Part shown: positions 19,445-28,469 of the stretch, piece after piece
Layout: the number at the start of each line of letters is the position of its first letter
Position numbering within the stretch: the stretch's first letter is position 1
Assembly (NCBI RefSeq): GCF_000940845.1
Contig: NZ_CP010341.1
Span: 1,290,001-1,322,000 of the forward strand
Length of the DNA: 32,000 nt
Reading direction: 5' to 3'
Source of the DNA: Propionibacterium freudenreichii subsp. freudenreichii
GTDB taxonomy: Bacteria > Actinomycetota > Actinomycetes > Propionibacteriales > Propionibacteriaceae
Translations under genes and position numbers: made by a program
Notes under the pieces: model-generated
Seen by the model: the letters and a program-made list of their open reading frames with translations, nothing else
Told to the model about the DNA's origin: nothing
Databases searched by the model: none

Positions 19445-20323
19445 TCAGTCCTGCCCGGAGCCTGATCCGGCCCCCGCATCGGCGGAGCTGTCGGGCGTCC
19501 CGGAGGGCCCGGACCCGGATGGGGCATCAGGTGACGACGAGGGCGGGGTGGCCGCGGCCGCCTGATCGGCCTGCACCTGTTCGGTCACCAGGTCCTCCAG
19601 CCCGGGGGAAAGCCCCTCCAGCTGGTCGAAGCCGATGACGCCCTGACGCAGGATGCGCCCGGCGGGGCTGACCGTGAAATCAACGATGGTGGACGCGACC
19701 GGACCCGGGGTCCGGCCACCATCCAGGTAGACGGCCACCGAATCGCCCAGCATCGCGATGGCGGCCCCCACGTCGGTGGCTGAGGGCTGCCCCGAGATAT
19801 TGGCGCTGGACACTGCCAGGGGGCCCGTGTGCAGGAGCAGCGCCCGGGCGTCGTCATTGTCCGGGACGCGGACCGCAATCGTGCCCGCGGTCTCCCCCAG
19901 GTCCATGTGCAGGGCGGTGGCCGCATTGAGGATCAGCGTCAACGCGCCGGGCCAGCACTCCTTGATCATGCGCTCGGCACCCAGGGGGATCGAACTGACC
20001 AGGGCGGGCAGCATGGCGGGCTCGGCGATCAGCACCGGTGGTGGCATATCGCGCCCGCGATGCTTGGCATTGAGCAGGCCCTGGACGGCATCGGCCGAAA
20101 AGGCATCGGCCCCGATCCCGTACACGGTGTCGGTCGGCAGCACGATGTTCTGGCCGGCACCCACCGCGGCCTGGGCCGCCCGCAGCGCCTCATCCCTCTG
20201 CGTGGCCAGGTCAAAGCGTCGGAAGGACTCTTCCCCGGAGCCGCCCTCCTGCGGCGATGCGGCGGACGTGCCCTGCCCCATCTGGTCGGTCTTGTTGGTT
20301 TGCGCACCACTCACGTGCGTCAT
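19445..20323 (-). CDS. tsaC: L-threonylcarbamoyladenylate synthase (TsaC/YrdC/Sua5 family)
   Basis: YrdC-domain motifs are present: VLPTDTVYGIGADAF, KHRGRDMPPPVLI, PGALTLIL, IAVRVP and LAVSSANISGQP. The tail is disordered and S/P/G-rich. The start overlaps the prmC stop (ATGA). Confidence 0.85.
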   Translation of the reverse strand: MTHVSGAQTNKTDQMGQGTSAASPQEGGSGEESFRRFDLATQRDEALRAAQAAVGAGQNIVLPTDTVYGIGADAFSADAVQGLLNAKHRGRDMPPPVLIAEPAMLPALVSSIPLGAERMIKECWPGALTLILNAATALHMDLGETAGTIAVRVPDNDDARALLLHTGPLAVSSANISGQPSATDVGAAIAMLGDSVAVYLDGGRTPGPVASTIVDFTVSPAGRILRQGVIGFDQLEGLSPGLEDLVTEQVQADQAAAATPPSSSPDAPSGSGPSGTPDSSADAGAGSGSGQD

Positions 20324-21198
20324 TGTCCCACGTCGTCGCGCCGGATCGCCGTGACGAACCGTGGCCGTCCGGTGAGATCGGGATGGTCCTCGACGTGTTC
20401 GAACCGACCCGCCGCCGAGATGATGCCCGCCGCGGAATGGCCCTGCGTGTCGTCATGTTCGACGATGAGCCATCCCCCGGGGCGCAGCAGTCGCGTCGCC
20501 ACCGGCACGATCCCACGGATCGTCTCGAGCCCGTCGTCACCCCCGAACAGGGCCTCGTGCGGGTCGTAGTCGAGCACGTCAGCGGGAAGCTCATCGGCAT
20601 GTGCGGCCGGCAGATAGGGCGGATTGGAGATGACCAGGTCGACCTTTCCCTCCAGCTGCGGCAGCGCATCGGCCATATCACCGGCCACGACGGTGGCCGG
20701 TGTGTCGGCAAGGTTGCGCCGGGCCCACTCCAGGGCCTGCGGGGAGCGTTCCACGGCATACATGCGTGGCGTGCCCGGGTATTCACTGAGGATCGACTTG
20801 GCGATGACCCCGGACCCGGTGCCCAGGTCGACGATCACCGGTGAGGGGCCCGTGTCGGCCCTGAGGTTGAGCAACTGGTCGAGCGCGAAGTGCACGACGG
20901 CCTCGGTCTCGGGCCGGGGAATGAACACGCCGGGACCCACCTGGACATCGATCTTGCGGAACCAGGCACGCCCCGTGAGGTACTGCACCGGCTCTCCTGC
21001 GGCGCGACGCCTGATCAGGTCCGCGTAGCGGTCGGCCACCGCGTCGTCGACCTCCCGCGTGGTGGCCAGACCGGCAGGATCAAGGTCGGCGGCGGCCGCC
21101 AGCAGGTGGCGTGCCTCGGCGCGGGGCGACTGGGCGCCTGCCGAGGTGAGTTCATTGATGCCCTGCTTGATGAGGGCTGCGGGACGGTGAGTGCTCAC
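20320..21198 (-). CDS. prmC: Release-factor glutamine N5-methyltransferase
   Basis: 292 aa with the SAM-binding motif [10 protein letters not shown] and the catalytic NPPY ([10 protein letters not shown]). The GTG start overlaps the prfA stop (GTGA). Confidence 0.9.
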   Translation of the reverse strand: MSTHRPAALIKQGINELTSAGAQSPRAEARHLLAAAADLDPAGLATTREVDDAVADRYADLIRRRAAGEPVQYLTGRAWFRKIDVQVGPGVFIPRPETEAVVHFALDQLLNLRADTGPSPVIVDLGTGSGVIAKSILSEYPGTPRMYAVERSPQALEWARRNLADTPATVVAGDMADALPQLEGKVDLVISNPPYLPAAHADELPADVLDYDPHEALFGGDDGLETIRGIVPVATRLLRPGGWLIVEHDDTQGHSAAGIISAAGRFEHVEDHPDLTGRPRFVTAIRRDDVGQ

Positions 21199-22274
21199 TG
21201 CTTTTCGCTTTCTGTCGCCTGACCCAGGCGCTCGGCCAGGTCTGCGGCCTGTAGCGCCTCGATGAGGGGTTCCAATTCACCGCCCAGGACGGCGTCAAGG
21301 TTGTGCGCCTTGAAGCCGATCCGGTGGTCGGTGATGCGGTTCTCCGGGAAGTTGTAGGTGCGGATGCGCTCGGAACGATCGACCGTGCGCACCTGCGATT
21401 TGCGGGCCTGTTCGGCCTGCTGGGCTGCCTGTTCCTCTGCGGCGGCCACCAGGCGCGCCCGCAGGACGCGCAGGGCCTGCTCCTTGTTCTGGAGTTGGCT
21501 TCGCTGGTCCTGGCTGGTCACCACCACGCCGGTGGGCAGGTGGGTGATGCGAACCGCCGAGTCGGTGGTGTTCACTCCCTGGCCACCCTTGCCGGTGGAG
21601 CGGTACACATCGATGCGCAGGTCGTCGGGATTGATCTCGATCTCGCTCTCCTCGACGTCGGGCATGACGAGCACTCCCGCCGCCGAGGTGTGGATGCGTC
21701 CCTGGGATTCGGTCACCGGGACGCGCTGCACGCGGTGGACGCCACCCTCGAACTTCAGGGCGCCGTAGGGGGCCTGGGCGTCATGCCCGGTGGCACGGAA
21801 GGCGAGGGTGACCGACTTGAAGCCACCCAGGTCGGTGGGCTCGGCGTCGATGATCTCGGTTGACCAGCCCTCGCGCTCGGCGAAGTGCTGGTACATGTTC
21901 AGCAGGTCGCCGGCGAACAACGCGGACTCCTCACCGCCCTCACCGGACTTGATCTCCATGATGGCGTCGTTGGAGTCCAGGGGGTCGCGCGGGGCGAGCA
22001 GTGCGGTGAGCTTGTCGGTGACCTCGTCCAGCCGTGCCGAGATCTGGTCGGCCTCCGCTGCGAAGGCGGGATCGTCGTCTGCCAGTTCCCTGGCGGCCGA
22101 CAGGTCCTCGGTGAGTTGCTGATGCTCGTCGAGGGCGTGCACGACCCCGGTGAGTTCGGAATATCGCCGCCCCACCTTGCGGGAGCGGGCCTGATCGGAG
22201 ACCACGGCCGGATCGGCCAGCTGCTTCTCCAGATCGGCAAACTCCTGGCGCAGCCCCTGGGCGGACTCGAACAT
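21195..22274 (-). CDS. prfA: Peptide chain release factor 1
   Basis: ATG at the complement of 22272-22274 is preceded by AGGAG, giving 359 aa. The PVT tripeptide ([14 protein letters not shown]) and the GGQ motif ([17 protein letters not shown]) are present. The track start at 22496 is a false extension. Confidence 0.95.
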   Translation of the reverse strand: MFESAQGLRQEFADLEKQLADPAVVSDQARSRKVGRRYSELTGVVHALDEHQQLTEDLSAARELADDDPAFAAEADQISARLDEVTDKLTALLAPRDPLDSNDAIMEIKSGEGGEESALFAGDLLNMYQHFAEREGWSTEIIDAEPTDLGGFKSVTLAFRATGHDAQAPYGALKFEGGVHRVQRVPVTESQGRIHTSAAGVLVMPDVEESEIEINPDDLRIDVYRSTGKGGQGVNTTDSAVRITHLPTGVVVTSQDQRSQLQNKEQALRVLRARLVAAAEEQAAQQAEQARKSQVRTVDRSERIRTYNFPENRITDHRIGFKAHNLDAVLGGELEPLIEALQAADLAERLGQATESEKQ

Positions 22275-22333
22275 CAGGTCACTCCTATTGGTCGGTTCCC
22301 ACGTCCGGGCACCGGCATCTGTTGGTGAACATG

Positions 22334-22373
22334 AAACAGGCGTCGAGTGCCAGATGACACCCGACGCCTGTTT
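22334..22373 (-). terminator. Stem-loop terminator downstream of rpmE
   Basis: aaacaggcgtcgagtg (22334-22349), loop ccagatga, cacccgacgcctgttt (22358-22373). The stem is 16 bp with one mismatch. On the minus-strand transcript it starts 9 nt after the rpmE stop and ends in UUU. Confidence 0.55.
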
Positions 22374-22381
22374 GGACAGAC

Positions 22382-22606
22382 TTACTTGGTTGCAGCGGCC
22401 TTTGCCTTGCCGTAGCGACGCTCGAAGCGGGCCACGCGACCACCGGTGTCCAGAATCTTCTGCTTGCCGGTGTAGAAGGGGTGACAGTTGCTGCACACGT
22501 CGGCAGACATCACATCACCGGGGAAAGTGCTGCGCGTGGTGAACTCATTGCCACAGGTGCACACGACCTTGACGTCGTGGTACTCGGGATGCGTGCTGTT
22601 CTTCAT
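22382..22606 (-). CDS. rpmE: 50S ribosomal protein L31, zinc-binding (type A) form
   Basis: ATG at the complement of 22604-22606 is preceded by GAGGAG, giving 74 aa: [27 protein letters not shown]...[31 protein letters not shown]. Both Cys pairs are present. Confidence 0.95.
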   Translation of the reverse strand: MKNSTHPEYHDVKVVCTCGNEFTTRSTFPGDVMSADVCSNCHPFYTGKQKILDTGGRVARFERRYGKAKAAATK

Positions 22607-22742
22607 CTGGATTGCTCCTCTAGTCGCGGACCGGGTCGCTACCGTGCTGCACAGACGGTGTCGCATTGGACGACGCGCGTGAACCGGGCCATTGGGTGAC
22701 TTTACCCGATCGAACGTTCAGTGCCACTCTCGTGGCCCCCTG

Positions 22743-24713
22743 TCAGTCCGATCCGGGCGTTGTCGAAGATATCAACACCAGGAACTCTGAATTATTCCGG
22801 GTCTTCTTCATGCGGCTCAGCAGGGTCTCAAGGGCCTGCTGCTCCTTCTGCCCGGACAGGGCCCGGCGCAGCTTCCAGATGATGTCGAGCTCCTGGCGGC
22901 TCATCAGGAGTTCCTCGCGACGGGTGCTGGATGCCTCGACGTCGACGGCCGGGAAGATCCGCTTGTCGGCCAGCTGGCGCGACAACTTGAGCTCCATGTT
23001 GCCGGTGCCCTTGAACTCCTCGAAGATCACCTCATCCATCTTCGACCCGGTCTCGACCAGTGCCGTGGCCAGGATGGTCAGCGAGCCACCGTTCTCGATG
23101 TTGCGGGCGGCGCCGAAGAAGCGCTTGGGCGGATACAGCGCCGCCGAGTCCACGCCGCCGGACAGGATGCGGCCCGATGTGGGGGCGGCGAGGTTGTAGG
23201 CGCGCCCGAGTCGGGTGATGCCGTCGAGCAGCACCACGACGTCGCGCCCCAGCTCCACCAGGCGCTTGGCGCGGGCAATGGCCAGCTCGGCGATCGTCGT
23301 GTGGTCATCTGCCGGGCGGTCAAAGGTCGAGGCGATCACCTCCGCGGTGGTCGTCCGCTTGAAGTCGGTGACCTCCTCGGGACGTTCATCGACGAGCACG
23401 ACCATCAGGTGCACCTCGGGATTGTTCACCGTGATGGCATTGGCGATGTTCTGCATCACCATGGTCTTGCCGGCCTTCGGCGGGGACACGATCAGGCCTC
23501 GCTGGCCCTTGCCGATGGGTGACACGAGGTCGATGATGCGCCCGGTCATGTTGGTGGAGACCGTCTCCATGCGCAGGCGTTCCTGGGGGTACAGCGGGGT
23601 GAGCTTGCCGAAATCGGGACGCTCGCGCATGGCCTCGGGGCCGGCGCCGTTCACCGTGTCGAGGCGCACCAGCGGGTTGTACTTGGAGTGGCGCTCCCCC
23701 TCGCGCGGCTGGCGCACGGCACCGGTGATCACATCGCCCTTACGCAGTCCGTTCTTGCGCACCATTCCCATGGCGACGAAGGCGTCATTGGGCCCCGGGA
23801 GGTAGCCCGAGGTGCGCACGAACGCGTAGTTGTCCAGAACATCCAGGATGCCGGAGACATCGACCAGGACATCGTCCTCCTGGACCGTGGGGGTCTCCAT
23901 CTCGTTCATGGGACTGTTGCGGTTGCTGCGCCGACCCTGACGATCACGCTGGCGACGACGCCGGGAGCGCCGACCGCCGCTGTACTCATCGTCGTCACGA
24001 CGACCTGAGTCATTGCGACCCGAGTCATTGCGATTCGAGTCGTTGCGGTTCGAGTCGTTGCGCGTGGACTCGCTGTGGTTGCGATTTGACTGGTTGTGGT
24101 GGCGCTCGGGGCGCTCGTCGCGGTTGCGCTCGTTCTTCTCGGAACGATTCCCGCGGCCGCTCAGCTGCTCCAGGCGGGCACCCACCTCATCGTCGACGCC
24201 CTGGTTGCTCGTGCGGGAGCCCTCGTTACGGGCACCGTCACTGCGGGAATTGTTCGTACGGGTCGAGTTGCGTTCGCTGCGGCCGCCACGGTCATTGTCC
24301 GTGGTCCGCTCGGTGGCGGTGCCCGACTCGCTGTCGGTGTTCCGCTCGCGGCGGCTGCGTCCCGAACTGTGTTCGGCGGCCTCAAGGCGGGCAGCGATCG
24401 CGTCGGCCGTCGACACATCCCGTGCCGGGCCCTCCTCGATCGTCGCCTCACGCGGTGCGCGTGACACTGAGCGGGTCCGGCGCTCGGCGGGCCCCTCCTC
24501 ATGGCGTGTGGCCTGCTGCTGTGCGGGCTGGGCACCGGAACCGCCGCGACGCGAGTCAATGGCATTGATCAGATCGCCCTTGCGCATGGCGCTGACGCCC
24601 CTGATCCCCAACTGCGCGGCGACCTGCTTCAGTTCGGTAAGCCTCATGGCACTCAGCGTGCTCATGGGATCTGCGGGCCCGTTCTCTGCGACGGCCTGCG
24701 TGGTTTCGCTCAC
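22743..24713 (-). CDS. rho: Transcription termination factor Rho with a large actinobacterial N-terminal insertion
   Basis: The C-terminal 420 aa are canonical Rho: LDNYAFVRTSGYLPGPNDAFV, P-loop SPPKAGKTMVMQ, LVDERPEEV and GSLTILATALVETGSKMDEVIFEEFKGTGNMEL. The start is assigned to GTG at the complement of 24711-24713, with AAAGGA 6 nt upstream. ATG at 24665 is an alternative, and the track start at 24815 is unsupported. Confidence 0.93.
   Translation of the reverse strand: MSETTQAVAENGPADPMSTLSAMRLTELKQVAAQLGIRGVSAMRKGDLINAIDSRRGGSGAQPAQQQATRHEEGPAERRTRSVSRAPREATIEEGPARDVSTADAIAARLEAAEHSSGRSRRERNTDSESGTATERTTDNDRGGRSERNSTRTNNSRSDGARNEGSRTSNQGVDDEVGARLEQLSGRGNRSEKNERNRDERPERHHNQSNRNHSESTRNDSNRNDSNRNDSGRNDSGRRDDDEYSGGRRSRRRRQRDRQGRRSNRNSPMNEMETPTVQEDDVLVDVSGILDVLDNYAFVRTSGYLPGPNDAFVAMGMVRKNGLRKGDVITGAVRQPREGERHSKYNPLVRLDTVNGAGPEAMRERPDFGKLTPLYPQERLRMETVSTNMTGRIIDLVSPIGKGQRGLIVSPPKAGKTMVMQNIANAITVNNPEVHLMVVLVDERPEEVTDFKRTTTAEVIASTFDRPADDHTTIAELAIARAKRLVELGRDVVVLLDGITRLGRAYNLAAPTSGRILSGGVDSAALYPPKRFFGAARNIENGGSLTILATALVETGSKMDEVIFEEFKGTGNMELKLSRQLADKRIFPAVDVEASSTRREELLMSRQELDIIWKLRRALSGQKEQQALETLLSRMKKTRNNSEFLVLISSTTPGSD
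24000..24081 (-). repeat. 15-bp in-frame tandem repeat in the rho insertion (encodes NDSNR/NDSGR pentapeptides)
   Basis: Plus-strand units are gagtcattgcgaccc / gagtcattgcgattc / gagtcgttgcggttc / gagtcgttgcgcgtg, plus a degenerate fifth unit. The protein reads ...STRNDSNRNDSNRNDSGRNDSGRRDDD... Confidence 0.85.
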
Positions 24714-24867
24714 GAATGTCCTTTCGGCGTCGCCCGGGGAAGACCCACTGGGCGAAAGAATGTCATCTGGGGCCAAGGCACGACGCGCCCATCGGCGACC
24801 GCACGGGATCCGCATGGCAAAGCATCGGAACCGAGGCGGGACTACGAGAGGATCTGGCGAACGAAGG

Positions 24868-24959
24868 ACCGGAAACCGACGACCGCACTGCCAGCTGTGG
24901 CAAGACGGTCAGAGTCGACTCGTGATGGGGAACAGCCGCTTGGTGGGCTCGTTTCCGGT
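24868..24959 (-). promoter_or_regulatory. Nested-helix structure in the ~390-bp region upstream of rho (candidate rho leader element)
   Basis: The closing helix is accggaaac (24868-24876) with gtttccggt (24951-24959). Inner helices are gaccg (24881-24885)/cggtc (24906-24910) and tgcca (24889-24893)/tggca (24898-24902). Strand and function are inferred only from its position before rho. Confidence 0.3.
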
Positions 24960-25106
24960 CTGATCGGACAAGGCCGTTGACCCGGATGAGATACGGCTGC
25001 TTGAGCAGCAGCTCGTGCTTCTAGGCTAGCAGGCGTCGGGCCCCGAGCAAAGCGGATCACGCAGGCGCCGCCCCGGCGTCATCGGACGCGGGACGGCGCG
25101 GGGCGT

Positions 25107-25730
25107 TCAGGCCTGCAGCCCTGACTCCAGTTGCTCGGACGCGGCGAGGAACTGCTCTTTCAGCTCCTCGTAGTCGTGGGCAACCGGCAAATGGGGGAAC
25201 TCGGCGATCACATTGGCCGGTGGGTTGAACAGTGCCCCGTAGTCGGCCTGGTTCAACATCGCGGTGTCGTTGTACGAATCACCCGTGGACAAGGTGGTGA
25301 AGTTCAGCGACTGGAAGGCGCGCACCGCCTCATATTTCCCGTTGGGCTGGCGCAGCTGGTAGCCCACGACCATGTCGTCACGCACCACCAGGCTGTGGCA
25401 GAACAGCGTGGGTCGACCGAGCTGGTCCATCAGCGGATCGGCAAAGTCGTAGAAGGTGTCGGACAGGATGACCACCTGCCAACGCGCCCGCAGCCAGTCA
25501 AGGAACTCCTTGGCGCCGGGCAGCGGGCCCATGTCCGCGATGACCTTCTTGATGGCGCTCAGGGTGAGCCCATGCTTGGCCATGACGGCCAGGCGATGGT
25601 CCATGAGCTCGTTGTAGTCCGAGATGTCGCGAGTGGTGAGCTTCAGCTCGTCGATGCCGGTGCGCTCGGCGACATTGATCCAGACTTCGGGCACCAATAC
25701 GCCCTCGAGGTCAAGGCAGGCGATGTGCAT
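25107..25730 (-). CDS. thrH: ThrH-type HAD phosphatase (phosphoserine phosphatase / homoserine phosphotransferase)
   Basis: 207 aa: MHIACLDLEGVLVPEVWINVAERTGIDELKLTTRDISDYNELM...VVILSDTFYDFADPLMDQLGRPTLFCH...VVGYQLRQPNGK...GDSYNDTAML. It is collinear with Pseudomonas aeruginosa ThrH as I remember it, including the HAD DxE/G motif I and the GDSxND motif. The AGGAGAG RBS overlaps the end of hom, with an 8-nt gap. Confidence 0.75.
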   Translation of the reverse strand: MHIACLDLEGVLVPEVWINVAERTGIDELKLTTRDISDYNELMDHRLAVMAKHGLTLSAIKKVIADMGPLPGAKEFLDWLRARWQVVILSDTFYDFADPLMDQLGRPTLFCHSLVVRDDMVVGYQLRQPNGKYEAVRAFQSLNFTTLSTGDSYNDTAMLNQADYGALFNPPANVIAEFPHLPVAHDYEELKEQFLAASEQLESGLQA

Positions 25731-25738
25731 ATTCTCTC

Positions 25739-27064
25739 CTAGGCTCCTTCTGCGCGCATGAGTCGAACCGACCCCAGCACATAATCAGACTTCTCAAGTT
25801 CTTCCAGGCAAACCATCATGTCGGATTCCTGGGCCTCGTGCGTCATCATTGACACGCGCGCCGAAGCGGCCTCGCGGCCGTCCTCGATCGGCGTCTGGCG
25901 GATGGAATGCACCGAGACGTGATGCTTGGCCAGCAGGCTTGCCACCGACGCCAGCACCCCCGACTGGTCAGCCACCCGGAAGCGGACGTAGTAGCGGGTG
26001 CGGGTCTCCCCCATCGGTGCGAGCTGGTGGGCCTGATAGACCGAATGGGCCGGTCCCACCACGCCCCGCATCCGGTTGCGCGCCACGGTGACGAGGTCAC
26101 CGGTCACCGCGCTGGCCGTCGGCGAGCCCCCCGCACCGGGACCCATGAACATCAGGCGCCCGGCATTCGCCGCTTCCACGAAGATTGCGTTGTAGGGGCC
26201 ATTGACCATGGCCAGGGGATGCGAATACGGCACCATGGCCGGGTGCACGCGCACGCTGATGCGATCGTGCTCGTCGATCTTGGCGATCGCCAGGAGCTTG
26301 ACCACGCAGTCGCTGGCGCGGGCGGCCTCGATGTCTGCGGTGGAGACGCTGGTGATCCCCTCGCGGAACACATCTGAACCCGAGACCGGCGAGTGGAAGG
26401 CCAGTCCGGCCAGGATCGCTGCCTTGGCGGCAGCGTCATAGCCCTCGACATCGGCGGTGGGATCCTGCTCGGCGTAGCCGAGTTGCTGTGCGGTCGCCAG
26501 TGCCTCTTCAAAGTCCTGATGGTCGTTGGTCATCTTGTCGAGGATGTAGTTGGTGGTGCCGTTCACGATGCCCATCACGCTGCGGATCTCATCGCCCACC
26601 AGCGATTCCCGCAGGGGTCGCACGATGGGGATGGCGCCCGCGACGGCCGCCTCGAAGTAGATGTCCACCCGGTTCTTCTCGGCCGCGGCATAGATCTCCT
26701 CGCCGTGGGCGGCCAGCAGGGCCTTGTTGGCCGTGACCACCGAGGCGCCGTGGGTGATCGCCGAGACGATGAGTTCCCGGGGCGGATCGATGCCCCCGAT
26801 GAGCTCGATCACGATGTCGGCGCCACCGTTGGCCACCAGGCCGGCCGCATCATCGGTGAGCAGCTCGGGGGGAATGCCCTCGCGCGGCTTGTTCACATTG
26901 CGTACGGCGATGCCGATGAGCTCGAGATGACAGCCCGCCTTGGCGGCGAGGTCCTCGGCCTTGTCCAGCAGGGTGCCCGCAACCTGTCGGCCGACGGTGC
27001 CACAGCCCAGCAGAGCCACTCGCAGCACCCTGGTCGGCGCGGTCACCTTCGCGTCCTGATTCAT
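25739..27064 (-). CDS. hom: Homoserine dehydrogenase (with C-terminal ACT domain)
   Basis: ATG at the complement of 27062-27064 is preceded by AAAGGGTGG, giving 441 aa. It has the Rossmann motif LLGCGTVG, the catalytic-region IVNGTTNYILDKM...A.QLGYAEQDPTADVEGYDAA, and an ACT-like tail (YYVRFRVADQSGVLASVASLLAKHHVSVHSIRQ). Confidence 0.92.
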   Translation of the reverse strand: MNQDAKVTAPTRVLRVALLGCGTVGRQVAGTLLDKAEDLAAKAGCHLELIGIAVRNVNKPREGIPPELLTDDAAGLVANGGADIVIELIGGIDPPRELIVSAITHGASVVTANKALLAAHGEEIYAAAEKNRVDIYFEAAVAGAIPIVRPLRESLVGDEIRSVMGIVNGTTNYILDKMTNDHQDFEEALATAQQLGYAEQDPTADVEGYDAAAKAAILAGLAFHSPVSGSDVFREGITSVSTADIEAARASDCVVKLLAIAKIDEHDRISVRVHPAMVPYSHPLAMVNGPYNAIFVEAANAGRLMFMGPGAGGSPTASAVTGDLVTVARNRMRGVVGPAHSVYQAHQLAPMGETRTRYYVRFRVADQSGVLASVASLLAKHHVSVHSIRQTPIEDGREAASARVSMMTHEAQESDMMVCLEELEKSDYVLGSVRLMRAEGA

Positions 27065-27074
27065 TGCCACCCTT

Positions 27075-28469
27075 TCAGCGTCCCACGTCGAGACTGAGGA
27101 GGTCGTCCATGGTCTCACGGCGAATCATCGCCGAGAGCTCTCCGTTGTGCACGCGCACCACCGGAGGGCGAAGCGCATGATTGTAGTTACTGGCCATTTC
27201 GCGGCTGTAGGCCCCCATATCGGGCACGGCAATGAGGTCGCCGGGCTCAATGTCGGACGGCAGGAAGACATCGCGCACCAGAATGTCGCCGCCCTCACAG
27301 TGCTTGCCGACCACCCGGCTCAGCACGCCGGGTTCGGAGGACGTGCGATTTGCCAGGACCGCAGAGTATTCGGCGCCGTACAGGGCCGGGCGGATGTTGT
27401 CGCTCATGCCGCCGTCGACACTCACGTACACGCGCTGGCCACCGCCGTCCAGGTCGACGACCTTGACGGTGCCGACCGTGTAAATGGCCATGGTGGTGGG
27501 TCCCACGATGGCCCTGCCCGGCTCAATGGACATCTTCGGCACGGCCATCGAATGTGCCCGCGCCTCGTGCTCCACGATCTCGCGCAGCCCGGTGGCCAGC
27601 GCATCGGGGGTGGAGGGCGAATCGGCGCTGGTGTAGGCAATGCCGAAACCGCCCCCCAGGTTCAGCTCGGGCAGGTGCACGCCGGTCGCGTCGGTGAACT
27701 GGCTCGACAGCTTCATGGTGCGCAGGGCGGCCACCTCGAAGCCCCCGGTGTCGAAGATCTGCGACCCGATGTGGCTGTGGATCCCCAACAGGTCCATATA
27801 GGGGCTGTAGTGGCAGCGCACCATGGCGACCATGGCCTGCCCGTTCGCAATCGAGAAGCCGAACTTCTGGTCCTCGTGGGCGGTGGCGATGTACTCATGG
27901 GTGTGCGCCTCAACCCCGGGGGTCACCCGCACCATCACACGCGCATGCCAGTCATTGTCGCGGCACAGCTGTTCGATGCGTCCGATCTCGTCCAGGGAAT
28001 CAACCACGATGTGGCCCACGCCGTTGCTCAGGGCCAGCGCCAGCTCGTCACTGGTCTTGTTGTTGCCGTGCATCCCGATCCGTGCCGGGTCCATGCCGCC
28101 GGCGAGGGCGACCTGGAGTTCCCCACCTGAGCACACGTCCATGCCCAGGCCCTCCTCCATCACGAGACGGGCAATCGTCCGGGTGAGCATCGCCTTGCCC
28201 GCGTAATAGACATTCCATCCGTCGAAGGCGCTCTTGAAGTCACGGGCCCGGTGGCGGAAGTCGTCCTCGTCGAACAAGTACAGCGGGGAGCCCTCACGCT
28301 CGATCGCATCAACCACGTCGATTCCGGCCACACCGACACGCCCGTGCTCGTCCCGGGAGACATTGCGGCTCCACAGGGCAGGGTCGAGTTCGTTGAGGTC
28401 GGCCGGCTTCGTGAGCCACTGGGGCCCCGGGGTTGAGACGTCGGCGTGAATCGCGCCCGCAACATGCAT
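27075..28469 (-). CDS. lysA: Diaminopimelate decarboxylase
   Basis: ATG at the complement of 28467-28469 gives 464 aa. It has fold-type III PLP motifs (YAGKAML with the PLP lysine, HIGSQI, LNLGGGFGIAY, EPGRAIVG, CEGGDIL). The upstream part of the track ORF (to 28706) translates across the tRNA gene and is rejected. Confidence 0.92.
   Translation of the reverse strand: MHVAGAIHADVSTPGPQWLTKPADLNELDPALWSRNVSRDEHGRVGVAGIDVVDAIEREGSPLYLFDEDDFRHRARDFKSAFDGWNVYYAGKAMLTRTIARLVMEEGLGMDVCSGGELQVALAGGMDPARIGMHGNNKTSDELALALSNGVGHIVVDSLDEIGRIEQLCRDNDWHARVMVRVTPGVEAHTHEYIATAHEDQKFGFSIANGQAMVAMVRCHYSPYMDLLGIHSHIGSQIFDTGGFEVAALRTMKLSSQFTDATGVHLPELNLGGGFGIAYTSADSPSTPDALATGLREIVEHEARAHSMAVPKMSIEPGRAIVGPTTMAIYTVGTVKVVDLDGGGQRVYVSVDGGMSDNIRPALYGAEYSAVLANRTSSEPGVLSRVVGKHCEGGDILVRDVFLPSDIEPGDLIAVPDMGAYSREMASNYNHALRPPVVRVHNGELSAMIRRETMDDLLSLDVGR

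Noticed and set aside
18667-19527. 286-aa minus-strand ORF overlapping wecA in another frame
   Set aside because: Its composition is Arg/Pro/Gly-rich, whereas the wecA frame carries all the MraY-family motifs.
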